Source of the DNA: Octopus bimaculoides
Lineage: Eukaryota
Reading direction: 5' to 3'
Length of the DNA: 64,000 nt
NCBI RefSeq assembly: GCF_001194135.2
Contig: NC_068987.1
Span: 12,704,741-12,768,740 of the forward strand
Shown: piece by piece, positions 36,743 through 49,740 of the stretch
Layout of the letters: every line of letters begins with the position of its first letter
Numbering within the stretch: the first letter of the stretch is position 1
Made by a program: the position numbers and the translations under genes
Notes under the pieces: model-generated
Told to the model about the DNA's origin: nothing
The model's input: the letters and a program-made list of their open reading frames with translations, nothing else
The model's database searches: none

Positions 36743-38200
36743 TAGCTCTCCGGCTGTTAAATCTTGGACGTTCTGCTGGTCAACAGCGAAAGGATCGAGA
36801 GGATGTTTGTGTCTGCTTATGATTACACAGACACTTAAAGTAATTAGCAAAAGCATGGTACATATCACAGAGCCAAATTCGCTGTGGTTTGGTAACATCC
36901 ACCATGACGTCTGGCTATACTGTACAATTTACATTATTTTAATAAATAGCGATTACATTAGAGATTTTGCTGTTGTTCGTGTTCAAAGACATTCCGGCTG
37001 TAAGCATCTCGACTTTTTGTGTACAAAGGAGTACATTGTTCAATGCATCTTATGTTTTTGCTGAAGACGGTAGGATATAATTTGAGGAAAATTTGGCTGC
37101 TATTTCTAGCAAACCTTCCCTTCGTTGGCTCATACTAAAGGAGTGAATAACTAAAGTATCGAATTACTGTCTCACGGGTTGTGATCTCATAGTTTCAGCA
37201 ACATTTCGTTATCTCTAGGTAAGATACTACATATACTTGTATACCAATTGACATAGTTGTAGAAACCGACTGTATTTTGTAGGAATGTTGTCTGTGATAG
37301 ATGGCATCCTACACAAGAGAGTATTCATTGCACTTCTTTCTTACTTTATTCAATCCGGATATAAACAGTGACGTGTGATACCCTCTTAGCAGGAAGGACG
37401 ACATGTCACAAAGCTCTCGTATGTTTTGTACATGAATACGTATAAAATTGCTCAAAGAGCGACGATATTTCATAGGAATGTTACCTGAGAGAAGCTGGCA
37501 CCTCACATAAGAGAATATTCGTTGCATATTCGTTTAACTCTATTCAATTGAAATACTAACAATGACGTTAATATGCTCACATGGTAGGAAGGATGAGCTT
37601 TCATATGCCGTCTGGAAGAATACGTATAAAATTACTCTTATTGTAAGCACTTAAGGTATATATACGTGACCATATGCATACATACGTGTCAATGTATGCA
37701 TAGCTACAAGGCGTAAGTATTATGGAAAAAACAGATACGCCTTGCACTGAGTAATATGTTAATATACCATCGCTTTATATCTCAGATCATTCTTAATGCA
37801 TATTTTATAGACTTCAAGGAGATTAAATTGCTAAACTAGCAGCCTCAATACGATTTCAGGATATAAGAATATGAGATATGAAACAAATGAATCTCAGTTC
37901 TTCCTGTTTGAGGTATATTGTAAGAATTCGACCATCCAGAGATGCTATATGTTTGTATGTATGTATGTATGTATGTATCTATGTATAAATATATATACAT
38001 ATACGTATATACATACACACATTTGCATATATGTATGTATATGTGTGCCTGTGTGTGTGTGTGTGTGTGTGTGTGATATTTAATGCATACACTCTGTAGT
38101 GTTAGTGCAGTATTTGTCCTAAGATAACATCTCTTAAGGTATTTCTGTGTTAAAAACACAATGAATATTAGAAAGTGATGAAATTCTCGTCCTGGGTAGT

Positions 38201-38337
38201 GCTTAACTGGTACTTATTTTATCAACCACGAAAGGATCAAAGGTAAATTCAACCTGGGCGGAATTTGAACTCAGTACGTGTAAACGGACGAAATGCTGCG
38301 AAGCATATTGTCCTGACAAATTTGTCAGCTCGCTGCC
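38201..38337 (-). mobile_element. SINE family B, partial
   Basis: Head, B box and Meta-like core. Confidence 0.8.
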
Positions 38338-40832
38338 TTATTAAATGTAATTATAACAGAAACTATAGATATGAAGTTGTTTTTTTTTTTCTTTTTGCTA
38401 GTATGAACCAAATAGCAACTTACAGAATTGTTACAAATTAGGGAAATCAAGATCCATCCGTTAATAACATGAATAGAATTAATTTTATCTAGAGTTACAA
38501 AGTTTTCACGACAAATCAGTCACGTCAACAAGCAAGAATTGCATAATGCAAAACAAAGGTTAATGGTTGCGGTGTTATTCACACGAACAGGAGACGTGTA
38601 CAAATAATAACAAAAGATCGGGTTCCAGAACACACATACCGAGACAGAATATTACAACTAATTTCGTTCAACGTTTACATATATATTATAGATAATATGC
38701 ACATCGGTATGTTATTCTAATGTCGTTTCTAGTGCATGTATTAGTTTATGTTTAGCCTGGCCAGCTTTCACACAAATTACTGAATGCCTTGTTTACTGAT
38801 TTCTTTAGCGGGTGAGTGTCCGGGTGTGTTCGTCACTGACGAGATCAAATCAGACCAACACACCGGAGTTTGATGATTCTCCGACGACCTTCTGAGCGAG
38901 ATCTGGATTGTTAACAGACAAAGTCACTTAAGAGCAGTTGCTCTGAAACAAAATATTAAAACTAGTACCATTCTATGTTTGTATATACAGGAAATATGTT
39001 ATGCATCGCTATTTTAACCCAACCATGTTCTAAGTGAATATATTAAGATAAGAGATAAGAGATAAAGCTGGAGATCGCAGAATAGAAATATTTGACATAT
39101 AATTTTAATGAAATGTTTCAAAGAAGATTGTTTCTTTTTAAACTCTCCACTAGAAGACAGATCATATTTGACTAGGACTGATAAGAAGCCTCCAGAGTTG
39201 ACGCTGACAATGCTACGGTTATTGAAAGCAGATATTACAAGAGGGTGATTAAGCCTTATTATGCCAATGGAAAGTATGTTTATAATTTTTTTCTACATTT
39301 GCTAAATAATATTTTGGATATACTACAGAAGTGATCAAAGATAAACTGACGAAAGTAATTGCCAGTATGATTTTTTTTAAATGGGAAAACTGAATTACAG
39401 AAAACTTGATCACAGAAGGCGGAGAGTTATATAGTGGTATTTATCACATGTAAACAAATAGCTACACTTCTCATCAACAAGAACAAAAAGAATTAAAAGA
39501 ATTGTACAGAGTTAGTAAAAAAAAAACAAAAGAAAGAATATTTGAATATATAGTTAGCACCTAAAACAGAAGTTAAAAGCTGCCGGTGAGAAAATCTGTC
39601 ATCACCAGAATCGTAACCTGAGGAAAATATTTAACGTGAAAAACAGTCGAAACCAACTAGTAGTCTACAGAAAGATAAGGACACTGAAAAATAAATAGAA
39701 AAAGGATCCTAAAGACTCTTTCTCGGAATGAAAAGTCTTCATTCAGAAGGAAAATCTGGAATGAAGAAAAGAAGTTTAAACAAGTATGCAGTGTGGCTGG
39801 AAGAAATTTGAAAGACGCATTGTCCCTAAAGCTCACGTTATAAATAGCGTTATCTTTGAGGTTGTGATATATAAACTTCAGGATAGAAAAGCTCCAAGAA
39901 GAGTCTAGATTGTCTGCTACCGATGCAAATTAGTTTAGTTTCTGTTGGGGTATCTTAGTGACCTTTATCAATAAGTTCCTCAAAGAAGATATCGAGTTGA
40001 CAGGCCTTTGCAGGTACAAGTTTGTCACCCTAAAATCAAAGCCACACATGAGGTCAATCATTTGCATGCTAGAATTTATGCTGATCCTTTGCATTCTAGA
40101 ATTTACTGCATACAGCTTGTCTGCAAGTAGTCTCCCAGAATCACTGTTATAGTAACAATATTTTTATGTTTTAACGTTAGCATTGCATTATCAGATACTG
40201 TCTATTAAATAAAATAAAGCATAGATGTTATTTATTGAAAATGCCTGCTTATAATCAAATGCATCCTCCGCACAGGTTTTTTTAATTGGTACAACAAGAA
40301 AAATTAAATTAAATTAAAAACACCCTGCGTTGGAAGCTGAACATACAAAATTGAATGAAGGGTAAATTCTGGTTTTAAATATGAGATAGTATAATTATCC
40401 ATAGCTTAATTAAAACCTAATGTATATAACTAATGTATATAAACTTCTTACTAAAATATGGATTTCATACATGTCTAAGAATACGTACATAAAGCGAATT
40501 GAATTGGTTCAAGCTTATTTAGTAGGGGACTATACTGTTTCAGTCTGCGTGTTGTTGCCTCTCGTAGTAGCATTGATACTGTTTTCTAAAATATGGTTGG
40601 TGTGTAACGAAAAATTAAAATCAGTTCTTCACAAGACAGACTTTTGTTGAACGAATATGCAGAAAAACATAATCATTTCATTTGCAATTACATACGCTTT
40701 TCACTATTGGTCACATTTTTTACTGTTATATCTACGAATTTAAGATCGCTTCTAATAAAATATTAGGTATAACTACTCTAACATTTGGGCTTCATAAAAT
40801 TTTCATAATGTCTCTTTATCTCCATTCTTATA

Positions 40833-40885
<53 letters not shown>

Positions 40886-41224
40886 ACAAATACACACGCG
40901 CGCACACTCACACATACTACTATACTATTAAGTCTCAAGTAATGATGGATCGTATTTATAGACGTTAGGCTCCAAGAAGCAAATATTCCCATATAGCTAT
41001 CATCAGTAACAATAATAGCAACATTTACAGATGCTTCGTGTTCTAAGCTATATTATGCAAACAATCATTTGGTTTGTTAATAGAAAACATTAAAAACGCA
41101 AAGCGCTTTCTTTTTTTTGTAGGGTTTGTTTGTTACTTTTTCTTAAACAATCTAATCACACATCACTTATTGCCTCACCGCATTCTTTGAGCAAGCTTCT
41201 GTTCACATATGCGTATATTAATCC

Positions 41225-41273
<49 letters not shown>

Positions 41274-41280
41274 GTTATTA

Positions 41281-41366
<86 letters not shown>
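41225..41366. repeat. (ATT)n microsatellite
   Basis: Directly visible; source of the poly-I, poly-L and poly-N ORFs. Confidence 0.95.
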
Positions 41367-42126
41367 TTCGGAATATATCAGCATCTGTTATTGAAGTAGA
41401 AAAATTCTCAAACCAACCTAAATTTTTTGGACCGGAAGTAATAAAAATATTTGCTGCGTTATTAAATTCAATTTATGTCAATGAATATGGAAATGATTAA
41501 AATTAGGCCGAATCACACGTACACATAATCAAATGCTTTTAAGAAAATGTTTTAAAGCTTAAATTCCACTTAATCGGTTCTATTTGTCCTGGATATTCAA
41601 GGTGGTGATTCAGTATGACCGCAGTCAAATGACTGAACCGTGTTGAAGAATAAAAAATAGGTTACATCTGTTGAGGATTTTCTAAAATTTGTGTGAGTTC
41701 ACATATGTCATCCCTCTATAGGTTATTATTTATTGTATAATCGCTATTCGAACGTTAGCTAAAGTGACGCTTCCTTAGTTTTACTGAACCTGTCAGTTGA
41801 ACGTATCTTCTGGTAGTTGGTAGTTGAGAGTCAATATATTTCATTGTAGTAAACTCATGAAAGCAGTGCTGCGAATAAACAAACATTTAAATCAGTTCAA
41901 ATATGTTTCGGACATATTTAATCTGTACAACAGCGGTATTCACTTATGTTTGCCGTTGAGAAAAATTCTCGCTTTAGGCAATTGGTGTTAGAAATCGCCT
42001 ACATTTATTTCAAGGCGCCCTCTAGCAGAGAGGTGAATATATTTCTGGCTTGTTGGCTATCATCAACACCATGTACCTCACGAAATGACTTTAGAAACCT
42101 TCGTTTCCATATAGTAGTAAACAAGT

Positions 42127-42905
42127 AGGCGCAGGTGTGGATGTATGATAAAAAGCTTGCTTCCTAACCACATGGTCTAGGTTCAGTCCCATTGCGTGAC
42201 ACCATGGGCAAGTGTCATGTGAGTGGATTTGGTTGACGGAAACAGAAAGAAGCCAGTCGTGTATAGATTGTTGTTGTTGGCACTCCGTCGCTTACGACGT
42301 CGAGGGTTCCAGTTGATCCGATCAACGGAACAGCCTGCTCGTGAAATTAACGTGCAAGTGGCTGAGCACTCCACAGACACGTGTACCCTTAACGTAGTTC
42401 TCGGGGATATTCAGCGTGACAGTGTGACAAAGCTGACCCTTTGAATTACAGGCACAACAGAAACAGGAAGTAAGAGTGAGAGAAAGTTGTGGTGAAAGAG
42501 TACAGCAGGGTTCGCCACCGTCCCCTGCCGGAGCCTCGTGGAGCTTTAGGTGTTTTCGCTCAATAAACACTCACAACGCCCGGTCTGGAAATCGAAACCG
42601 CGATCCTATGACCGCAAGTCCACTGCCCTAACCACTGGGCCATTGCGCCACCACCGTGTATATATATATGTGTGTATACGTATGTGTGTGCGTGTGTGTT
42701 TGTGTGCATACTTGTGTGTGTGTGTGTGTGTGTTCTTTGTAGTTGTGTCTCTTCCCTCACACTTCCTGACAATCGATGCTGTTGTGTCTACGTCCCTGTA
42801 ACTTAGCTGTTCGGCAAAATAGAGCGACAGAATGAGTTACAGATTTTAATAAAATTAAGCGCCAGAGTCGATTTGTCGCAGTAAAAATACTTTCAAGGCA
42901 GTTCC
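42127..42905 (+). mobile_element. CORE-like SINE (family C) interrupted by a family A SINE
   Basis: 5' half at 42127-42260 and 3' half at 42663-42905 flank the insert. Confidence 0.8.
42268..42652 (-). mobile_element. SINE family A, full length, nested
   Basis: Highly similar to 251-626; (CAA)n tail; TSD CGTGTATA at 42258-42265 and 42655-42662. Confidence 0.9.
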
Positions 42906-43026
42906 TTCAGCAGAGCGACAGTCTAATGTCTGCAAATATGTAATAGATGAATGATAAAAGATAAAAGAGTTTATTTTCGTTATACACACGCAACCGTGTG
43001 GTGCCATCTGTTGGGGCACTACAGAA

Positions 43027-43058
43027 CTAGTCTGGGAACTTTTTGATACCACCTCGTA
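43027..43058. mobile_element. solo mariner-type TIR
   Basis: Reverse complement TACGAGGTGGTATCAAAAAGTTCCCAGACTAG is a typical TA-flanked mariner terminus. Confidence 0.5.
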
Positions 43059-43761
43059 TTTTATCTGAACACACACTAAAAAAAAATAATAAATAAGACT
43101 TCAATCTTTGCCGTAAGAAACGTATTTATTTAGAGAACGAAAATACTCGAATGAAGAAACCTTTAGTGTATAACTGGTACTTAGGATGAACGGCAAATTC
43201 GACCTTTACGAAACAGAATTCAGATCGCAATGGGGCGTAAGCGTAGAATAGGTGGTTGTTCTAATCAAGAAAGTTATCTCAGAAGAGATCGTTATTGGAA
43301 ATACTACAAAAGCATAAATATAGCATATTATCTCATACGTTGGATAATAGCGCCAAAAAACATAGATAAAAAGAATAACCTATCTAGGATAGTTATATCG
43401 CCTCGCACTTTGAAGGTGCACTTTTGTTATAATACAGAAACTAGTGAGAATTACAAAGTATATTAAAGATAGCGATATCTCCTGACAACCAATTATGTTA
43501 TAATAAAACCTGTTAATGTCAAATTGGTGTGAAAGTTATAGCACATATCACCAATAAATAGCTTCTCTAAAGTGCCTCTTTGAACAGTATTGGTTTATAG
43601 ATGGTGGCTTTGTGGTATGTGGAATATAGGAGGACTTTTGTACAACAGAGAACAAGGTGAGGGCGCTGAGTAATCATTTAGTTTAGGGTTCGGTCCCATT
43701 GCGGGGCATTTTGGNNNNNNNNNNGATTATCGAACATATCAACACGAATACAGATTTTAGC

Positions 43762-43798
<37 letters not shown>

Positions 43799-44114
43799 TT
43801 CTCCCTCTCTCTCACGCACACACATACATGACGAGCTTTCACTTAATTTCCATGTACCAAATTCATTCACAAAGTATAGATCAGTTCTGGGTTATAGTAG
43901 AAGACACTGACCCAAAATGCCCCGCAATGGGACCGAACCCTAAACTAAATGATTACTCAGCGCCCTCACCTTGTTCTCTGTTGTACAAAAGTCCTCCTAT
44001 ANNNNNNNNNNATATATTTATATATATATATTTATATATATGTGTGGCCATGCTCGGGCACCGGTTTGAACTTGACGGATTATCGAACATATCAACACGA
44101 ATACAGATTTTAGC

Positions 44115-44153
<39 letters not shown>

Positions 44154-45099
44154 TTCTCCCTCTCTCTCACGCACACACATANNNNNNNNNNNNNNNNNNN
44201 NNNNNNNNNNNNNNNNTAATTTCCATGTACCAAATTCATTCACAAAGTATAGATCAGTTCTGGGTTATAGTAGAAGACACTGACCCAAAATGCCCCGCAA
44301 TGGGACCGAACCCTAAACTAAATGATTACTCAGCGCCCTCACCTTGTTCTCTGTTGTACAAAAGTCCTCCTATATATATATATATTTACTGGTACATTAC
44401 CTATAACCAACTCTTATTTGTTTGGACTCCGTCTCCCTTCGTTCGACATTGAGAATTGAAAATTACATTTCTGGTTTGGTTTAAACATTAACTGTTTGTA
44501 TCTACAATCTTTATTAGACATCTTTTCTGTCATATTCTTATCCGTTATATACATGTATGTGAATGTGTGAGTGAGTGAAAATGTGTGAGATGTATGTTTG
44601 TGTATACGTGCATGCTTGCGCACGCGCGCGTGTAAATATATTCATACACACAAACACATACACACACACCCACATGCGCACATATAAACTTCATTTATAC
44701 AAACTTCATTTCATATAAAATTCATTTTCTGTATTTGATTAGTGCTGAATTGACCCCCGACTTTTGTTAAAACAGTTTCCTAGCGATGCTGAAAGGCACA
44801 CGTTTCACACAGTTTTTTTATCCCAATATAGGCGCGCTGCCAACGAACATCGCATCGCATTAATGTTCTATCGGTTAGAGACCTGTGGAACCAGCCAGAT
44901 ACTATGTAGTAAACGTGTACTGACTGTAATGTATGTATAGAAATATTTAGAGACAATATGTGTAGTATATCAAAATATTGCCTTTTAGTTGAAACTGATA
45001 AGGAATATTCAGATTAAATTCTTACAGACACAATGTTGCTCAGACTGACACGCACATAGACCACACATCTCCACAAGCATACACCCACATAATCTTTTG

Positions 45100-45320
45100 C
45101 TTTTAGCTTTTACATGTTGACTGCAGCTATGCTGGGGCAACGCCTTGAAGAATTTTTAGTCTAATGAATGGGCCCTAATACTTTTATTTATTTTTTGTTT
45201 TAGCTTGGTACTTATTCTATGAATGTCTTTTGCCGGACCATTAGCTTGTGGAGACGTAAACATACTAACACCGATTGTCAAGCGGTGGTGGAGGTCAAAC
45301 ACAGACAGAAACGTACAAAC
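45100..45320 (-). mobile_element. CORE-like SINE (family C), 3' half
   Basis: Homologous to 62560-62740. Confidence 0.75.
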
Positions 45321-45526
45321 ACACGCACACACACTAACCTCTTGTCTTCTATACTGCCCCGCTCTATTTACCGCATATATGTCAGAAAGTTCACTCCTCT
45401 CTAAGCATTAGTAAACCCCTTTCTCAGTGATCTTAACAAGTATATAATAACTTCCTAAGTGTCATTTGTATAGCATTTTTATTTTTCCACATTCGCCTGA
45501 CCAGATGAACATGGATCACATCTAAT

Positions 45527-45700
45527 ATGCTTAGCAGGTATTTCGTCCGTCTTTACGTTCTGAGTTCAAATTCTGCCGATTCCGACTTTGCCTTTGGTTC
45601 TTTCGGTGCTGATAAAATAAGTACCAGTTGAACACTGGAGGTCGATGTAATCGACCTAGCCCATTCCCCCAAAATTGCTGGCATGTGCCAAAATTTGAAA
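45527..45700 (+). mobile_element. SINE family B
   Basis: B box, Meta-like core and 3' end GTGCCAAAATTTGAA. Confidence 0.85.
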
Positions 45701-46718
45701 ATATTATTGCACAACCGTTTATATTCATGATGTGTCTAAACTATGCGTTTTTGAAACGATGGTACTGAACGATCAGGTGTTATACTCTCACCTCTGTTCT
45801 TGGACTTACTATTCATATGAATGCAAGCGTGTGTGTATGTGTGTGTGTGGTTTAACCTAGCATTATTTCTAGATTATATATACGAACGGTAAACGGATAT
45901 CCTACTCAAAATTGAACCAATTTTCTTTTGTTCTGAATGTTTTTGTATATTTCTTTTTTCCTTTTTCTGATGTTGCCAGACCGAGGAGTTATGACAAAAT
46001 TGCAATTTCCTTTCTTTTTTGCATTGTTTCAGAAATATGGTTTCAGGCAGGCAACGCTATATTTAGAGAAGTTATTTGCAATTAGTTATAAAGGATTCGA
46101 ATTCTTAGATAGAAACTGTTTAGACAAAGAATTAAAATCGGTTCGGAGGATGAAAGAAAGAGAAACGTAGTTGCCATGTATATCAATATGAAGTAATAGA
46201 TCGCTCTGATAACCTTTATGTAAGAATGTCTTAAAATCTAAACAAGACATACCAGGTTCTTGCCTAGCTTCTCAACATAGTCTAGTGGAGGTAATAGCAA
46301 TTTGGCAAAGCTATATTTAGACAAGTAGTTATTCGCAATTAGTTACAAAGAATTCGAACTCTCATGTATAGTTCCGTCGGTGAAGAATTAGAATCTACAT
46401 CAAAATGAAAAAACCAAAAAAAAAAAGATTGATACATACATACATACACACACACTCATATATATATATATATATGTGTATANNNNNNNNNNNNNNNNNN
46501 NNNNNNNNNNNNNNNNNNNNNNNNNNNNNNNNNNNNNNNNNNNNNNNNNNNNNNNNNNNNNNNNNNNNNNNNNNNNNNNNNNNNNNNNNNNNNNNNNNNN
46601 NNNNNNNNNNNNNNNNNNNNNNNNNNNNNNNNNNNNNNNNNNNNNNNNNNNNNNNNNNNNNNNNNNNNNNNNNNNNNNNNNNNNNNNNNNNNNNNNNNNN
46701 NATATATATATATATATA

Positions 46719-46967
46719 TTGGGTTGGTGCATAATTATTGCGGGGTTTTTTTCAACAAATTTTATTCAACAAAAACAATAACAAGTAACAAAAACATCTT
46801 TAAATGATTATTCCGGAACATATTCACCATCTACTTCAATTACTGCTTCCCATTTGCTTGGCAGACGGTCAGACCGTCATTTAAAGATATTTTTGTTAAA
46901 TATTGTTATTGTTTTGGCTGAATAAAATTTGTTGAAAAAAAGCAGCAATAATTATGCACCAACCCAA
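46719..46967. mobile_element. mariner-derived MITE with about 90-bp inverted ends, inserted in (TA)n
   Basis: TTGGGTTGGTGCATAATTATTGC...GCAATAATTATGCACCAACCCAA. Minus interior encodes DRLPSKWEAVIEVDGEYVPE*, a mariner transposase C-terminus. Confidence 0.85.
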
Positions 46968-46999
46968 TATATATAGATAGAGAAAGGGGTAGGAGAGGA

Positions 47000-47051
<52 letters not shown>

Positions 47052-47187
47052 AAACAAAAATAGAGTGCTTAAATGTTTGTTACACGCGTTTCTATAAAGC
47101 GCTCAATTATTCATTAATACATATTACATAATATCATATAACTTAATATTAACGCTTAACTACAGTGTTTCATCTGATAATATTGGT

Positions 47188-47397
47188 TTCGAATTTTGGC
47201 ACAAGGCAAGCAATTTCGGAGGATGGGTAAACCGATTACATCGACCCCAGTGATCAACTGGTACTTATTTCATCAACCCCCGAATGAATGAAAAGCAAAG
47301 TCGACTTCGGTGGAATTTGAACCCAGGACGTAAAAAACGGACAAAATGCCGGCAAGCATTTGTCGCGGTGTGCTAACGATTCTACCAGCTCACCGCC
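47188..47397 (-). mobile_element. SINE family B, full length
   Basis: Head, B box and core. Confidence 0.9.
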
Positions 47398-47486
47398 TAA
47401 TTTAATCTAGTATTACTGAGCCTTTTGCTAGCAAAATCAAGCTGTTTGATTTTACAAGTATTGTGCTCAATATTACTGGAGAGAAA

Positions 47487-47631
47487 GGCAGCGAGCTGGC
47501 AGAAACGTTAATACGCCGGGTGAAATGCTTAGCGGTATTTCGTCTGTCTTTACGTTCTGAGTTCAAATTCCGCCGAGGTCGACTGGCGCCCCGCTCCAAG
47601 ATTTCGAGCCTTGTGCCTAGAGCAGAAAAGA
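47487..47631 (+). mobile_element. SINE family B with internal deletion of the core
   Basis: The head joins the 3' end directly at TCGACT, a motif present twice in intact copies. Confidence 0.85.
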
Positions 47632-48907
47632 ATATTGCTTGATGGAATAGTGTCGCTACTTAATAATATAAAGTAATATAATGTTATGTCATATTATGCA
47701 TAACTGAATTAATGACTACTCAATAGAAACGTGTGTAGCAAAAATTTTAGATATCTATTTATGTTCCTTTACTATATTATGCACTGCGCAATTACGTGCA
47801 CCCATGAGATGTCGAGTTCGCTCCCACGGCATGGCACTTTGGGCAAATGTAACGTTCTATAATCTCGGTTCAACCTACATCTTTTGAAGGAGATTGCATA
47901 GATAGAAACTGTACAGAAGCCCATTAGATGGATTATATTGTGTCAAACTGATTCTGACTGAGATTTATAATCCTCCTCTTACGCGTTAGTTTAGGGGTAA
48001 TTCAATTGATTAATTGATTGCACAACTCAAACCTCATCACCGAACGACGTAGATCCACCTTCATGAAAACAGCATGTGCACCCGTGTATGCACCAAAGAT
48101 ATGTCGACGGGGGTCTATGAAGTAAATTATAACCACCTTCTCATAAAATACAGCTTTTGATTTACAGAAATATCAATCGTGATGTGTGAAAGTCGTACAG
48201 TGAGCATCCGTTACGAATGAAGCGGGGAAGGTGGAAAATGTGTAAATGCGAATCTCATTGACTGAGATGGCAGTTACCTCTCCCTTGCAATGCCGTCATT
48301 ATAACGTGCTACTGAAAAAATATTAGTACCTTGAAATGTAATTCAAATGTACACAAATACTCGGTCGTTAGTGATGTGACAACGCTGATTATACAAAGGC
48401 AGACGTGCTAACAACAGGGTATCTATATCATCATTCGATACGCTGGAAATAGCAACTAAATTTTCCTCATATCAGACCCTATGATAATTAAAAAAATGAG
48501 AATTTCACGCACTGGAAAGTGAAATTTTGGTCATAGCGTATAACGTAATCCAGATTACATTATAATTCGTGATGCTAATGGTTGATATTCCTTTGCCTTT
48601 CATCATATATGTACTTAGTGAAGGTTGGCCTGTGGTGTTTAAAGTTTTTTATCAAGTCAGATTTAGATTTTTTTGTTGTTTATTTTTGGTAAACACCAGT
48701 TTGTAGCCAGCGCCGGGCATAGAGCGAGTTTCCCAATCAAAATTGAGTCCGTGACCCAGTTTCAGTTCTTTAGTGCTATGAAAAGACTGAACACCACAGC
48801 ATCTTTTTTATCTTGAATGAATCAAATATCGGTCCTATATACACACGTATACAGACACACACAAACACAAACACACACACACACAAATATATATATACAT
48901 ACATACA

Positions 48908-48967
<60 letters not shown>

Positions 48968-49414
48968 CAGAAATATTACGTTTATAAAAAATTGGGATGT
49001 TGTAGTATTCAGTATATATATATATATATNNNNNNNNNNNNNNNNNNNNNNNNNNNNNNNNNNNNNNNNNNNNNNNNNNNNNNNNNNNNNNNNNNNNNNN
49101 NNNNNNNNNNNNNNNNNNNNNNNNNNNNNNNNNNNNNNNNNNNNNNNNNNNNNNNNNNNNNNNNNNNNNNNNNNNATATATATACCATGCACGAAAGGGA
49201 AAGGTTTGACATTAGGGCAACAAACGACAACATATTTTATCGAATTCAAAGTAACTGAACAGCGGAAGTAGTCACCGGAAGTATTTGAATTCATAACAGT
49301 AATTACCTATTACATCAAAGAACATGGCTCAACTATTACGATTGACTCTTAAACAGAGACATAAATCATTCTTTCTACTCTGGACAGAAGGCCTGAAATT
49401 TTATGTGTAAACAA

Positions 49415-49503
<89 letters not shown>

Positions 49504-49609
49504 ATGTGTGAATATATGTACATGTATTGTGTCTGTGTATGTATGTATACGTATATATATGGAACCGATATCTTATTTATGAGATAAAAGTGATGCTGTG
49601 ATGATCATC

Positions 49610-49740
49610 GACACCATTGCTCAAATGAAACTTATTTTATTGACCTCAGGGGGGTTAAAGGCAAAGTTGACCTCGGTGGTATTTGAACTGACAACGTAAA
49701 GAGCTAGAAGAATTGCAGCTAAGCGTACCAACTCGCCTTG
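49610..49740 (-). mobile_element. SINE family B, decayed
   Basis: AAAGGCAAAGTTGACCTCGGTGGTATTTGAACT. Confidence 0.7.

Noticed and set aside
38836-38843. CTGACGAG hammerhead-like word
   Set aside because: No GAAA strand or substrate strand nearby; better explained as part of the hairpin.
39560-40080. Purine-rich stretch with faint RT-region similarity (DRKAPRRV versus WKAPGPD)
   Set aside because: Too decayed to call without a translated homology search.
43624-44373. Identical 90-300 bp segments: inverted at 43624-43714, direct at 43725-44001 and 44070-44373
   Set aside because: Essentially identical copies separated by 10-35 nt N-runs are typical of scaffolding or gap-filling artefacts; long reads are needed.
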